DNA of 64,000 bases from Pecten maximus. Taxonomy: Eukaryota. This document shows positions 38,684 to 54,190 of the stretch, piece by piece (position 1 is the first letter of the stretch; each line of letters begins with the position of its first letter). The notes below the pieces were generated by a model, which worked only from the letters and a program-made list of their open reading frames with translations, did no database searches and had not been told where the DNA came from. Both the position numbers and the translations under genes were made by a program. The stretch is from contig NC_047022.1 of NCBI RefSeq assembly GCF_902652985.1, positions 22,754,001 to 22,818,000 on the forward strand, written 5' to 3'.

Positions 38684-40775
38684 AACAAATACATCATACC
38701 ATGAACCTAGACGTAAGCATGTATATTTGGCATATTGGCCGGTACGGATTCGTCACAGAGCGGTATAAACAATATGTAACATTTGAAGTGTACTATAAGT
38801 ACCCATAAGTTTATGTCTGTATCATCGTTACGAGATGAATGTTCAGTTATATTTAAATGCTTTGATAACATTGCTACTGAATGTATACATGGATTTTTGG
38901 TTTCAATTCTTCACGTCAGCTGCTTAGAGGTCCTTGATTAGACCAATGTTGATGTGCTGACTCATAGCAACTTCATTTGACACCAATGTTCTTTATATAA
39001 TAGAGTTCGATACAGAAATATACTTTACACGTGAATAAATTGGTAGTTTGTAAATACAAAAATAAGACAATGATAGTGCTAGTCCTTCTGGTGTACCTGG
39101 GACGCCAGGCCTTATAATCCTTGAAAGTTCACAACGGCGTCAATAAAAACAACAGAGAATACCAACATAATAGCGAAACCGTAAATCTGACTCGATAAAA
39201 CGGGGACAAAATGCTAACAAACGTTAAAATGTACAAAAGTAACGACAATGTGTTCCGTTAAGGTAGGCGTCTTCAGCTTCATCGAAAACTACATAGTCCG
39301 GGTAAAGCGACATTCTCAAAATGAGAACTAGGGAACAACGGTTGTTCATATTTTGCCCCCGTTTTATTTCGAGTTTGAATGATAGATCTGTTTTCATGTC
39401 ATTATTCCCTTCTTGTGTTTGTATATATAACAAGTATACAGATTTGTATCATACATAAACATATTTGATTTATCGTGTTTAAGAGTGTTATAACATTTAT
39501 TACATATATATCATTTTATTTGAATCTATTTAATGTAGTTGAATTGATATAAAATGAGTATTTATTCATTTGCTATATGTGTATCATTTCGATGATTATT
39601 TTAAGTAAATTTACCTAATTGTAATCTATGTGTGATATTACGCAAGTGGGTGTATTTAGGAGTAAATATTAACTATTGTTTTATATAAATACTTATTCCT
39701 GAAAAAACACGATTCAACAATTTTGATATACTAGTTGAAACATTGCCCAAATGTGATGATAGTAGTAGATACAGGAATCGAGTTTGATTTTATTCATTTT
39801 TAATAACCTGGCATAAATTTGGAATATAGCGCTAGGCTAAAGTAAAGTATGATTATATACATAATTGTAGAAATGTTAATATAAATAGAGATGATAGATT
39901 ATATATCATTTCAGTAAAGTATGATTATATACATAATTGTAGAAATGTTAATATAAATAGGGATGATTGATTATATATCATTTCAGTAAAGTATGATCAT
40001 ATTGTGTTTTATGTATCATTTGATGTTTTTAAATTGATCATAAACAGATAATAAAATAGTTACACGATTTTCTTTGCAAATTAAAATTGTATGTAAAATA
40101 ACTCATTGTTATTAAATATTGTGATGATTGGAAGCATTTCAATATACATGGTGAAATGATATAAACGTTTTTTTTTATTTGACTAAACATTCTAGCAACA
40201 GCCAAGGTTATATGTGGACGGTTGCCATGGAGATAACAACTGATGAAACCAAATTACAAGAATTGAGAATGCCTGAAAGAAATGATAGATAGAGGCTCTA
40301 AAATTGATAATGTATCGTAATGCAAAATGAGTGGTATTTGAAAACAATAAAATATACAGTTATTCTCTATTAAGATTTTTTGCGTTGTTATTTTGAAGTT
40401 TATACAGTTTAATTAAGCGATATCACATTTTTATTACCACTTTTTTTTGTAAAAATTAATAAGGCTAGTTATGAAAATATTCTACACGGTTTCAAATTAA
40501 GTTGTTCATTTAGTTTCAATAATAGTACAAATAATCATATCAATATGAGTAGGATGTAAGAAATGGACATTAATCTTCAAAAAGAGGTTACAATAGACAC
40601 AGCAGGGACATTAATGGGTTTAACGACCGTCTTGTACATGTGACTGCTGTTAGATAAAAGTTAAAGCTATATCATTTAAAGAAACTGTGACTATTAAGTG
40701 TTCAATACAGGGAAATGTGGGTGTTTTACAGATGTGCACGATCTAACCTTGCTATTTCAATGACCCTGCATTTAC

Positions 40776-40871
40776 AGACTTCCGTCTCGCACTGTATAAA
40801 TAGAAGTTGTATCCATTCATTCACCGCACCACGTCTCCAGTTACTCACCCTTTGTCTTCTCGTCCAGTCCG
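40776..40871 (+). promoter_or_regulatory. Gene D core promoter and non-coding exon 1
   Basis: AGACTTCCGT-CTCGCAC-TGTATAAATAG; donor at 40871/40872. Confidence 0.8.
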
Positions 40872-41840
40872 GTGAGTGTTTATATTGGTCTTCGTTCGTT
40901 GTCTTACTACAACATATAAATGATGTTTAATTAACAAAAAGCTTATTAGAATATTATTATTGCAATTATATGGAATCATCGACAGGGTATGGCAGCCATA
41001 TATTGCCGCTTTGTCCATATTCGATTTATCTTGTGTCCATAATATTTTATATATATATATTTTTAATTTTTCCATCTGGACTATGTTCCGATCCCGCCTT
41101 CTAACTAGGCCTATGTCAACACACAATCACAGATATTGTACATGTTACAAAAACGGTGATAGATTCGTTTTAAGAACAAATCAGACCACATAAATGTACA
41201 TTTTTTATACTTGATGAAAGTAATCTATTATCTTGGCGTGTTTTAATATGTTTTTTTTTCTTAATATGACGCGACATGCTTCTGAACATTATTTATAGTT
41301 TAGCACAGAAATTCATGCAGTTTTATGACACATTTCAGAGTAGTTTATTATTTAATGAAACAATCAAAATATCTTGAGACAACGAAGGAAAGTAACCATG
41401 GAAATTATATGTTCTGCAGTAGTTGGGATTGAACGGTCTGCACATTGTAGTGGATTTTTTTTATTTGAACTATATTTTACCATTTTTTGAAGACAGTGCT
41501 TTCGTCTATATCTGGTTTACTATGTATGTACTACGTAAACATGAAATACTAATTGAATTAACCTGAATTTTACGCTTCAGTGATTTGTTCAAGATAATTA
41601 TAATGGTGACAGACGTTCGGATTCAGAAATATTTTTCATTTTTTGTTTTGTTTCATTATGTGAAATACTAACATGTGGAGCTAAATTGATGGTGCTTTCA
41701 GAAATGAGCATGATATCCAGTACTCGATTAGGTATTGTTGTTTATTATGATTTAACTAGAAGAAACGTCCTGATATTTTTATTGATATCAACATCTTATA
41801 TCATATGAAGTGCGGTCTCCATTTCAGAAGAAACCCCACA

Positions 41841-43650
41841 ATGAACACCTACATCTGTCTGGCTTCATGCCTTTTGGTGGCCGTAAGCGCTGCAGGTAAA
41901 TCGTGCAATACAGAAAACCGAACCTAATATCAATCTTTTTAACATTATTTGAAACATATTCTTATATCAATGTATTACTAGTAACTCACTTTGAAGAATT
42001 CATGAATTATCATTAAGACTTAGCGATTGTAAATGTCAATGCACAAATATTTTTGACAGTACAAATAACATATATGACTGTGTTGCTCGAACTGTACGGC
42101 GGAGAGTTCTCATCTAGAATTGGCTATGGACCCATGTATACTATACTATACTTATCTGTAAGTTTACCAATACTCCGTATCATGAGCTGATTGTGAAAAC
42201 GGAAGTGATTTTGGGATCTTTTGTTTTTCTCGGGTTTGTGGTTAAGAATTATCTACAGATATTATGTATACCTACATGACATATAAGTTTATTGTACATG
42301 TGTAATCTAATACGTGTATCTTTGACAGGTTATGGAAGTGGATCCGGAAATGGATTTGGTAATGGCGGCGGAAATGGATTCGGAAACGGAAACGGTTACG
42401 GAAACGGTAATGGCGCCGGAAATGGAGGATTTGGATTTGGACGTGAGTGTGAATTGAATAGATTGCAGAAGTGAATAATATGTTTTGTGAATAATAACAT
42501 ATCGTAAGATTGATAAACTAGTATATATATTTAAAGATATGTTTATGTTAGTGAATGCTTCAGCCGATATTATAAGTAACATAATTTGCATATCACACTT
42601 GAAGCTACTTGGGTATCTAACAAGACATTTCCTTGACATTTTTAAGGGTTTTTGAGATTAATCTATATTTGGTTTTTGAGAATTTAGATTTACCCTGATC
42701 GGATTGAATTTTGAAGTTGAATTGAAGTTTAAAAAAAAGGTTTTGGTGCAAATTATCAAAAAATATCAACGCTAATTTTGTTCTTTTATTTCAGGATATA
42801 GAAGAGCAGGTGGGTATCAACGATTTTCATGTCGTTTGTTTCCTTTTGTCGATTGAAATGAGTTTTTCCCTATATGTAATTATAGATATGATATTATTAT
42901 GTGTCAAAATCAAGAACCTTCTGATCGAAGTGTGTACTTAGAATTAACAAATGACTCCACTGAAATGAAGGTTATAGTAGTATATTACTGTTGAAACTAT
43001 TGTTCAATGATACATACGATATCAGCTCATTTATCTACTATCAATATAAATGTTTACCCTAGGATACGGAGGTGGTGCCGGAAGTATGGGCGGAGGATTT
43101 GGTGGCTCTGGAATGGGAGGAAAAGGTGGATTCGGAGGAATGAACGGCGGTGGATTCGGAGGAATGAACGGCGGTGGAATGGGAGGAATGAACGGCGGTG
43201 GAATGGGAGGCAAAGGAGGATTCGGAGGAATGAACGGCGGTGGATTCGGAGGAATGAACGGAGGCGGATTCGGAGGAATGAACGGCGGTGGAATGGGAGG
43301 CAAAGGAGGATTCGGAGGAATGAACGGCGGTGGATTCGGAGGAATGAACGGAGGCGGATTCGGAGGAATGAACGGCGGTGGAATGGGAGGTGGAATGGGC
43401 GGTGGAAAAGGTAGTTACATAATTGTCGGTTTTTTTATTATCCACGTTGGGCGTTTCTCCCGGTTCTATTATGAAATAGTTGTGATATTATTTAATTATA
43501 CTATTTTTAATAATACTTCGATATTATATTATTCATGATGATCAATTATCGTGCTTTGAACATTTTGTAAATGATAAAACGCACATATTATATTTGACTT
43601 GTGTATTGAATTCTAACCAGGTATGCCTTGTTTTACTTCCAGGATATTAG
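41841..43650 (+). CDS. Gene D: pro-abductin-like precursor, 179 aa
   Basis: Exons 41841-41895, 42329-42442, 42795-42809, 43063-43410, 43643-43650; 540 nt, intact frame and splice sites. Confidence 0.9.
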
Positions 43651-46600
43651 ATGACCTGCTTGTCCCTTTGCTATTTTACATAATCATAATGTAGATACAA
43701 ATAAAACATTTAAATATTCCATTTTCTTGTTTGTATATATTTATTCTTATCGAACATAGATGAATCTTAATTTCTGTATGTTCGAGTACAACAAATTAAA
43801 AATACAGTGAAACGTATCAAGAACAACTTCAACTCCCTGTGTAATTTAACTCCTAGTACAAAAGGCGAGGATTGCTCTAGAGTGTTCTCTGACGTTTTTT
43901 ATTGACGGTAATTCCATTTCCATCTTAACTTCCATCTCAATGTCGCTACTTATCTGACTTGGAGAAGTTGAAATTATTAAGGAAGATCCTTTTTCGATGG
44001 GAGACGAAAAAAACGCATTGTCATTCTTTGACCTCTTCTTCGCGAGCGATTTAACATTGGTGTTGACTTGTTCAGTTTCTTTGGACCAGGATATTGTGGG
44101 CGAGGATGGTGATGGACAATCATGTAAAGCCAGGAAGTAAATGCTTTGTTTTCTTTTAAAAAAAAGGTGTCGTTTTGTTAGCTGTAATTCATAAGTACCC
44201 CTGCTTCAACGGATTCAAAAGGAAATCCACCGGTTCACCATCCAGTCAGTTCCTTTTTCAACTTACCCCTTCTGCATAATCTATTCACAATTTTGAGTAT
44301 TGTGTTATGATAACTGCCAGGACTAATATTACATAAAATGGTCAAGTCTATTCTGCCAAACTTTGGTTAGTAAATAAGCATAAAGAATGGCAAGATATAA
44401 CTTTAAGAAAGATACAATGAAGTTGCGACGAAAATATCTCAATTATTGAATATATCTATTTAGAAACTTTTATTAGAAAATAGTTCTGTCTTCACTTCAA
44501 AATTAACCGTGAACGCCCCTTTTGTAAATTGATATGCATTCTATGACAATACTTAACCGTAAGCATTTGTGGAGGAGAGCATTAGAGAGTAATCTGGGTT
44601 TTATAACGCCCCCTTAAATCCTGACCGGTAAGAACACCTCAGACTTATGTCTCTTGTTTGGATAAGTTAGATATATAGTAACAAGATTAACGAGTTTAAA
44701 AGGATACTGGATCATATCATTGAAATAAGATTCCCTACATTGTTTAGCTTTGGTGCGTTACATTGCGTATCTAACATGGCAATGTGGCATTGTTTTACTG
44801 TGCAAAGTTAAACGTGAATATGTCAGGATTAGTTGGTGTGGCAGTTTGTATCAAGCTGAATAGCTTGCTGGCAACTGTACAACCCCTTCTCTGTCATGGG
44901 TATCAATTAATCTGATTCGGATAATGGCTACATAGGCTCATCATCTAATCAATTGATCAATAGACCAGGCTATTGAGACCAAAGAAATGAGACCAGACCA
45001 GACCAGACCAGACCAAACCAGACCAGACCAGACTATGTTTTAAAGTATGCCTTTAAATGTCTTTTCAAAAGCAGATTTAGGCATGATACAGTATATGCTA
45101 ATATAGGTGTTTAGTCCTTCTAGGATTCTTTAGTTATTATCAAAAGTGGCAATCCAGATCGCGAATCAGGAAAATCAAAATCGGCCGAAAAAATCTTTAA
45201 AATATAGCAGAGTAAATGTATTAACTTGGCATGTTAATCAATGGCATATTTATCGATATTTATAAAGGAACATATTTGGCTATTCTGAAGAAAAAAAATA
45301 CAGAAAGAATCATTTTGCTTTTTAACAGATGTATTTGATATTCATTAAAGTTCTTTTCACAATAATCGTGACATCCTACTGGACATAAACATTTAGTAAT
45401 TCATCAAAATCATGGATTTACAAACATCATGCATTGGGTTCCTGGGTCTCGGGATTGAACAGATACATGTATATGTTGCTGAATCTGTTAAGACTTGACA
45501 TTAAGATTATTTATTTTGACAGGGTTTATCTTACTCTATCGATATATATTCGTCTTGTCTATTGGCTATTGTCTATAAGGTTATTGACCTTATCCTTTCG
45601 CATCAATGGCTTTTTATAATTCCAATATATTGATAAGTGCGAACTAGAATAGAATTTGTGTTTAAAAATTCTGATACATGTATATGCTATTGATGACTTC
45701 AGACATTTAAGAACAGATAAGGGAATATTTTTCACAAAAGTGATTAATTAAAATGGACAAAACAATTACTGATGTTTGTTCTTAGGAAACACAAGTAATT
45801 GACACAGTATTCAAGAATAAATAGATTAGTAATAGATGGTAAAAAGCATCGTCTATGGACGGAAAAATGTACACAAATCTTTTTAAAGCGCTAATTCGAC
45901 CTTATATAGAATCAACTGAAAGTGTTTGGAGTCCATAGAAAATAGGACATTGAAAGTATAGAGAGCGTTCAAAGAAGAAGACTATTAGAAACTTCCAACT
46001 CTAGCATGTAGGCGCGTTGATAAATGGGCTTTATGATCCGAATTTAGTGGATTGTTCGATATTGCCACCACAAGGGGAAAATCGGGGACAGAGTATAAAC
46101 AAGGTTAAACAACATTGTCATTTAAATATTAGTAATCATTAATTTACTCAACGAATAATTCATAACTGAAATTCTCCTATCAGATGTTATTTCATCTCGT
46201 AATGTTATTTAACTTTGAGAAAAAACTTTTTGGAAACATCTGAAAGTTGGTCATTCAGCTTTTTGTATAAAGGCTTATAAATTTATGTTTTCTAAACTGA
46301 ATTTCATATAGTTCATGGAAATATACATCGTATATTGATGTCGAGTCCATTTATTTCCTATTAAATCCCATTGATATATGTTAAATGATATATTCGTCTA
46401 CAATGTTCAACAGTTTCGTCCACCTAAAATGTGGCCTTCTGTAAGAGTGTCTATAAGAATAATGTTCAGCAATTTTGGAAGAAAACGGATTTACACAATT
46501 TTCAATAAATATTGATATTGAATAATTTTTAAACAACAGCAAATATGTGAAAAAATCTTAAATGTTGTCGCTAATACAATTACACACAAGGTTCGACTTT

Positions 46601-48163
46601 GACCACATAAACATGCCGTGCCACATTACGTGTGTTTCTTAATCTAGGCTTTGGATAATCCTTAAATAGGGTAATTTTAAGGGGGAGGTTCGACAGAGAT
46701 CACAGGCTTCCAAATGAGTACAACAAGCAAGAGCAAGCAAGAGGACAATAAAAACAATATATTCTATATCCTCTCACTTTGATGAAAAGTTTTCTTACAG
46801 TACTGTGAGTTTTCTATTTGTATACATACTAAATTTTTCCATAAACATTATTTTTCTCTCCTACCTAGGAGAAAAGTTCTTTGTTTGGAAATATATAATT
46901 ATGTATATATTTTTATAAGCTGCTGTTTTTCTTTCTTCATAGGGGAAAGAACAAAAACATCCTGAGGGAATACTGTCCTTTATTGATAGGAAAATAAGTC
47001 AAGATTGACATCTGAAGCTATAATACACACTACCTATAGGAATCTGGACCTGTTGATTAATATCCGACTTCTACGCCAGAGACACTCTGTGAATTCGAGA
47101 CCGGTAACAATTTTTTTTATTGAACATACCGATCTGTATTCGACTGGTTTTCTACATCCACTTAATAGACCTAAAAACTGCAAAATCTACATGATGTCCA
47201 AATTTAAATAGCATAAAGGGTATTCGAATTAAAAATTGTGAAACGTTTCTAATCACATATTTCCATTTGATCTGCATCATCACTCTATAGCCTTACCAAA
47301 CACAAAACGGATCAGATGATAATTATCACATAATTCCCTTTGGTGTAGCGATATGACGTCGTTTTTTTTCTAACGTCACTGTATTGGGTGTTTTTTTACC
47401 CCAAGGAAAGAAACCGATTAATTAAAGTAACTCACAACAAAAGTGAACACCATCACAGTGGAAAATATTGATTGAAATGTGGAAAACAAATGTATTATTT
47501 TGTATTTACACAAACTATATGTTTTGCCGCGAACGGTCGCGCTACGTCAAACAGCGCGAAATTGACTTTGGACACAACGCGAAATTGATTTTGGAATGCG
47601 GAAAACTGTTACAGGTTGAACATAAGAAAAATGTTAAACGGAAATATAAGTATTAAACTGCCGTCTTTGTAAGGCTATCGTTCTATAATTCACACAGGAT
47701 TGCAGACCAATCAATCACACAAGCTTTACTAATTTGTCTGCAGTCCCGTGATAATTATGGGACAATAACTCTCCAAGGCAGTTAAATGCTTAAATATTCC
47801 TAACTGGTTCTACTTAAAATGTGAGAATATTAATTAGCAAATGAAATAACAAACTAAACACACAAACAAATTGATCAGAAAATAATAGAATAAAACCCAC
47901 ATATGCATTTTTTTTTTAATTTCAAACATATCTTATTATCAAAATAAAGTGATGAAGCGGGAATTAAAAAGTTATTACAACTTATGAAACGCCCTCTCCC
48001 GACATGAATTAAAACAAATACATCATACAATGAACCTAGACAATTTATCATACACTTTGAATCAAAAATCTTTAGTGAACTTGATGTAATGATATTGGCC
48101 GGTACAGATTTGTCACAGAGCAGTATAAACAATATGACTTAGGTAACATTTGAAGTGTAATAT

Positions 48164-48867
48164 AACTAGAACTGTCGCCAGGATGGCTGACTAATACCCC
48201 CGCAATTTGCACGAGTCAATGGTGAATTGGAACTGTTAATTAGAGGATAAGATAACCCAGTGATATAGTGACCAGTTGCCATAGCAACCATAATTTTGAG
48301 AAAAAGAAAGTGAGATGCATATCTACACATCGTCCTCTATATATGTGTGAAGTTTCATTGAAATCGGCCCTTCGGTTTAGGAGTTGTCCGGACAAACTTA
48401 AAGTTAGGGTTCTTATCGGAAAACCTGTTTATAGTGACAAGTTGCTATAGCCACCATCATTTTCTTCAAAAATGAAAGTGGCATGCACATCTACACATGG
48501 TCCTCCATATTTGTGTGAAGTTTCATTGAAATCGGCCCTTCAGTTTAGGAGGAGTTGTCCGGACAAACTTAAAGTTAGAGTTCTTATCGGAAAACCTGTT
48601 TATAGTGACAAGTTCCGGACAAACTTAAAGTAAGGGTTCTCATCGGAAAACCTGTTTATAGTGACCAGTTGCCATAGCAACCATAATTTTGAGAAAAAGA
48701 AAGTGGCATGCAGATCTACACATGGTCCTCTATGTTTGTGTGAAGTTTCATTGGAATCGGCCCATCAGTTTACGAGGAGTTGTCCGGACAAAATGTGTCT
48801 ACAGACAGACGGACGGACAGACAACCTGATTCCAGTATACCCCCCTAACTTCGTTGCGGGGGTATAA
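48164..48867 (-). mobile_element. Helentron-associated non-autonomous element (HINE/DINE-1/pearl-like)
   Basis: Minus strand starts TTATACCCCCGC with hairpin, then (GTCC/GTCT)n microsatellite, internal tandem core repeats (plus strand GTGAAGTTTCATTGAAATCGGCC), subterminal inverted repeat TACCCCCGC at ~48194, ends CTAGTT; empty site in unit 1 (~38795). Confidence 0.82.
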
Positions 48868-51121
48868 ATACCCATACGTTTATGTCTGTATTATCGTTAC
48901 GAGATGAACGTTCAGTTATACTGTATATTTAAATGCTTTGTTAACATTATTACTGGATGCATACATGGATTTTTAGTTAAATTCCATTCTTTATAATATG
49001 TTCCAGACAAAATTACATATGTGATCTAAATATATTCAAAATATCAAAATGGAATAACATGAAGTTTAATTGCGGGAATTCAATGACATTTAAAACCACA
49101 GAATGATGTTTAGGTCATCAATGACATGTAAGATCTTAATATAATTCTATGGAATTTTAAATCAGAACACAAAATTTTAAATTATTTGTAACATTTTGAT
49201 TTAGAATTTTTGTAACACCGACTAGCCACAACACGTCTGATAATGAGAGAAAACGATTTTTAACATCACCGGAGGCGACGCGACTGAAAGTAGTTGTTGT
49301 CTTCACGGCAACTGTTTAGAGGGCCTTGATTAGACAAATGTTGATTTGCTGACCCATAGGAACTTTTTTGACATCAATGTTCTTTATATAATACAGTTCA
49401 ATACAGAAATATACTTTTCACGTGGATGCATTGGTAGTTTGTAAATACAAAAATAAGACAAAGGTAGCGCTAATCCTTCTGGTGTACCTGGGACGTCAGG
49501 TCTTATAATCCTTGAAAGTTTTCAACAGTGTCAATAAAAACAACAGAGAATACCAACATAATAGCGAAACCGTAAATCTGACTCGATAAAACGGGGACAA
49601 AATACTAACAAACTTATATAGAATTATATTGAGGAGATTGGAATTGTACAAAAGTAACGACAATGTGTTCCGTTAAGGTTGGCGTCTTCAACTTCATCGA
49701 AAACAACCGCCATATGTCCGGGTAAAGCGACATTCTCAAAATGAGAACTAGGGAGCAACGGTTGTTCATATTTTGCTCTCGGTTTATTTAGAGTTAGGAT
49801 GACAGATCTGTTCTCATGTCATTGCTCCCTTCTTGTGTTTGTATATATAACAAGTATACATATTTATATTATACATCAACATATTTGATTTATAGTGTTT
49901 AAGAGTTTTATAAAATCTATTTTATTACGCGAAGTATTTTTATTTGAATCTATTTAATGTAGTTGAATTAATATAAAATGAGTATTTATTCATTTGCCAT
50001 ATGTGTATCCTTTCGATGATTATTTTAAGTAAATTTACCTTTTTGTAATCTATGTGTGATATTAAGTGGTTGTAATTAGGAGTAAAGATTAACTATTGTT
50101 TGATATAAATACTTATTCCTGAAAAAACACGATTCAACAATTTTGATATACTAGTTGAAACATTGCCCAATGTGATGATAGTAGTAGATACAGGAATCGA
50201 GTTTGATGTTATTCATTTTTAATAACCTGGCATAAATTTGGAATATAGCGCTAGGCTAAAGTAAAGTATGATTATATACATAATTGTAGAAATGTTAATA
50301 TAAATAGGGATGATTGATTATGTATCATTTCAGTAAAGTATGATCATATTGTGTTTTATGTATCATTTGATGTTTTTAAATTGATCATAAACAGATAATA
50401 AAATAGTTACACAATTTTCTTTGCAAATTAAAATTGTATGTAAAATAACTCATTATTATTAAATATTGTGATGATTGGAAGCATTTCAATATACATGGTG
50501 AAATGATATCAACGTATTTTTTTTATTTTACTAAACATTCTAGCAACAGCCAAGGTTATATGTGGACGGTTGCCATGGAGCTAACAACTGATGAAACCAA
50601 ATTACAAGAATTGAGAATGCCTGAAAGAAATGATAGATAGAGGCTCTAAAATTGATAATGTATCGTAATGCAGAATGAGTGGTATTTGAAAACAATAAAA
50701 TATACAGTTATTCTCTATTAAGATTTTTTGCGTTGTTATTTTGAAGTTCATACAGTTTAATTAAGCGATATCACATTTTTGTTACCACATTTTTGTAAAA
50801 ATTAATAAGGCTAGTTATGAAAATGTTCTAAACGGTTTCAAATTAAGTTGTTCATTTAGTTTCAATAATAGTACGAATAATCATATCAATATGAGTAGGA
50901 TGTAAGAAATGGACATTAATCTTCAAAAAGAGGTTACAATAGACACAGCAGAGACATTAATGGGTTTAACGACCGTCTTGTACATGTGACTGCTGTTAGA
51001 TAAAAGTTAAAGCTATAACATTTAAAGAAACTGTGACTATTAAGTGTTCAATACAGGGAAATGTGGGTGTTTTACAGATGTGCACGACCTAACCTTGCTA
51101 TTTCAATGACCCTGCATTTAC

Positions 51122-51217
51122 AGACTTCCGTCTCGCACTGTATAAATAGAAGTTGTATCCATTCATTCACCGCACCACGGCTCCAGTTACTCACCCTTTG
51201 TCTTCTCGTCCAGTCCG
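51122..51217 (+). promoter_or_regulatory. Gene E core promoter and non-coding exon 1
   Basis: AGACTTCCGT-CTCGCAC-TGTATAAATAG; donor at 51217/51218. Confidence 0.8.
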
Positions 51218-52331
51218 GTGAGTGTTTATATTGGTCTTCGTTCGTTGTCTTACTACAACGTACAAATGATGTTTAATTAACAAAAAGCTTATTAGAATAT
51301 TATTATTGCAATTATATGGAATCATGGACAGGGTATGGCAGCCATATATTGCCGCTTTGTCCATATTCGATTTATCTTGTGTCCAGCCAGAATATTTTAT
51401 AGATAGAATTATAATAAACAGAAAGAACTAATTCAAGATTGTTTTTCGCATGCACGTAAAATGATATAGTTAAACGTTGTTAAATCGAATTTTACGGCAC
51501 CCGTGAAAATAATTTTCCATGACCAAAATCCGTTATATATATATATATATTTTTTTAATTTTTCCATCTGGACTATGTTCCGACCCCGCCTTCTAACTAG
51601 GCCTATATCAACACACAATCACATATATTGTACATGTTACAAAAACGGTGATAGATTCATTTTAAGAACAAATCAGACCATATAAATGTACATTTTTTAT
51701 ACTTAATGAAAGTAATCTATTATCTTGGCGTGTTTTAATATTTTTTTTGTCTTAATATGACGCGACATGCTTCTGAACACTATTTATAGTTTAGCACAGA
51801 AATTGATGCAGTTTTATGACACATTTCAGAGTAGTATATTATTTAATGAAACAATCAAAATATCTTGAGACAACGAAGGAAAGTAACCATGGAAATAATA
51901 TGTTCTGCAGTAGTTGGGATTGAACGGTCTGCACATTGTAGTGGATTTTTTTTATTTGAACTATATTTTACCTTTTTTTGAAGACAGTGCTTTCGTCTAT
52001 ATCTGGTTTACTATGTATGTACTACGTAAACATGAAATAGTAATTGAATTAACCTGAATTTTACGCTTCAGTGATTTGTTCAAGATAATTATAATGGTGA
52101 CAGACGTTCGGATTCAGAAATATTTTACATTTTTTGTTTTGTTTCATTATGTGAAATACTAACATGTGGAGCTAAATTGATGGTGCTTTCAGAAATGAGC
52201 ATGATATCCAGTACTCGATTAGGTATTGTTGTGTATTATGATTTAACTAGAAGAAACGTCCTGATATTTTTATTGATATCAACATCTTATATCATATGAA
52301 GTGCGGTCTCCATTTCAGAAGAAACCCCACA

Positions 52332-54190
52332 ATGAACACCTACATCTGTCTGGCTTCATGCCTTTTGGTGGCCGTGAGCGCTGCAGGTAAATCGTGCAAT
52401 ACAGCAAACCGAACCTAATATCAATCTTTTTAACATTATTTGAAACATATTCTTATATCAATGTATTACTAGTAACTCACTTTGAAGAATTCATGAATTA
52501 TCATTAAGACTTAGCGATTGTAAATGTCAATGCACAAATATTTTTGACAGTACAAATAACATATATGACTGTGTTGCTCGAACTGTACGGCGGAGAGTTC
52601 TCATCTAGAATTGGCTATGGACCCATGTATACTATACTATACTTATCTGTAAGTTTACCAATACTCCGTATCATGAGCTGATTGTGAAAACGGAAGTGAT
52701 TTTGGGATCTTTTGTTTTTCTCGGGTTTGTGGTTAAGAATTATCTACAGATATTATGTATACCTACATGACATATCAGTTTATTGTACATGTGTAATCTA
52801 ATACGTGTATCTTTGACAGGTTATGGAAGTGGATCCGGAAATGGATTTGGTAATGGCGGCGGAAATGGATTCGGAAACGGAAACGGTTACGGAAACGGCA
52901 ATGGCGCCGGAAATGGAGGATTTGGATTTGGACGTGAGTGTGAATTGAATAGATTGCAGAAGTGAATAATATGTTTTGTGAAGAATAACATATCGTAAGA
53001 TCGATAAACTAGTATATATATTTAAAGATATGTTTATGTTAGTGAATGCTTCAGCCGATATTATAAGTAACAGAATTTGCATATCACACTTGAAGCTACC
53101 TGGGTATCTAACAAGATTTATGGTATATATATTATATTATATTTATTATATTAATATATATTAATCTATATTTTGTTTATGAGAATTTAGATTTACTCTG
53201 ATCGGATTGAATTTTGAAGTTGAATTGAAGTTTAAAAAAAGTTTTTGGTGCAAATTATCAAAAAATATCAACGCTAATTTTGTTCTTTTATTTCAGGATA
53301 TAGAAGAGCAGGTGGGTATCAACGATTTTCATGTCGTTTGTTTCCTTTTGTCGATTGAAATTAGTTTTTCCCTATATGTAATTATAGATATGATATTATT
53401 ATGTGTCAAAATCAAGAACCTTCTGATCGAAGTGTGTACTTAGAATTAACAAATGACTCCACTGAAATGAAGGTTATAGTAGTATATTACTGTTGAAACT
53501 ATTGTTCAATGATACATACGATATCAGCTCATTTATCTACTATCAATATAAATGTTTACCCTAGGATACGGAGGTGGTGCCGGAAGTATGGGCGGAGGAT
53601 TTGGTGGCTCTGGAATGGGAGGAAAAGGTGGATTCGGAGGAATGAACGGCGGAGGAATGAACGGCGGTGGATTCGGAGGAATGAACGGCGGTGGAATGGG
53701 AGGAATGAACGGCGGTGGAATGGGAGGAATGAACGGCGGTGGAATGGGAGGCAAAGGAGGATTCGGAGGAATGAACGGCGGAGGATTCGGAGGAATGAAC
53801 GGAGGCGGATTCGGAGGAATGAACGGCGGTGGAATGGGAGGCAAAGGAGGATTCGGAGGAATGAACGGCGGTGGATTCGGAGGAATGAACGGAGGCGGAT
53901 TCGGAGGAATGAACGGCGGTGGAATGGGAGGTGGAATGGGCGGTGGAAAAGGTAGTTACATAATTGTCGGTTTTTTATTATCCACGTTGGGCGTTTCTCC
54001 CGGTTCTATTATGAAATAGTTGTGATATGATTTAATTATACTATTTTTAATAATACTTCGATATTATATTATTCCTGATGATAAATTATCGTGCTTTGAA
54101 CATTTTGTAAATGATAAAACGCACTTATTATATTTGACTTGTGTATTGAATTCTAACCAGGTATGCCTTGTTTTGCTTCCAGGATATTAG
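52332..54190 (+). CDS. Gene E: pro-abductin-like precursor, 192 aa
   Basis: Exons 52332-52386, 52820-52933, 53297-53311, 53565-53951, 54183-54190; 579 nt, intact. Confidence 0.9.

Larger units (their letters stand above)
29244..40611 (+). repeat. Tandem segmental duplication unit 1 (11.4 kb, contains gene C)
   Basis: Anchor TAATGGGTTTAACGA at 29244, 40612, 50958, 61351; colinear near-identical sequence between anchors. Confidence 0.92.
40612..50957 (+). repeat. Tandem segmental duplication unit 2 (10.3 kb, contains gene D)
   Basis: Colinear with unit 1; lacks unit-1 ~34085-35752; carries a private insertion at 48164-48867. Confidence 0.92.

Noticed and set aside
40715-40930. Short ORFs recurring in each unit (40715, 51061, 37813/47468, 31457/53207)
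   Set aside because: Recurrence comes from recent segmental duplication of promoter, intron or TE sequence, not coding constraint
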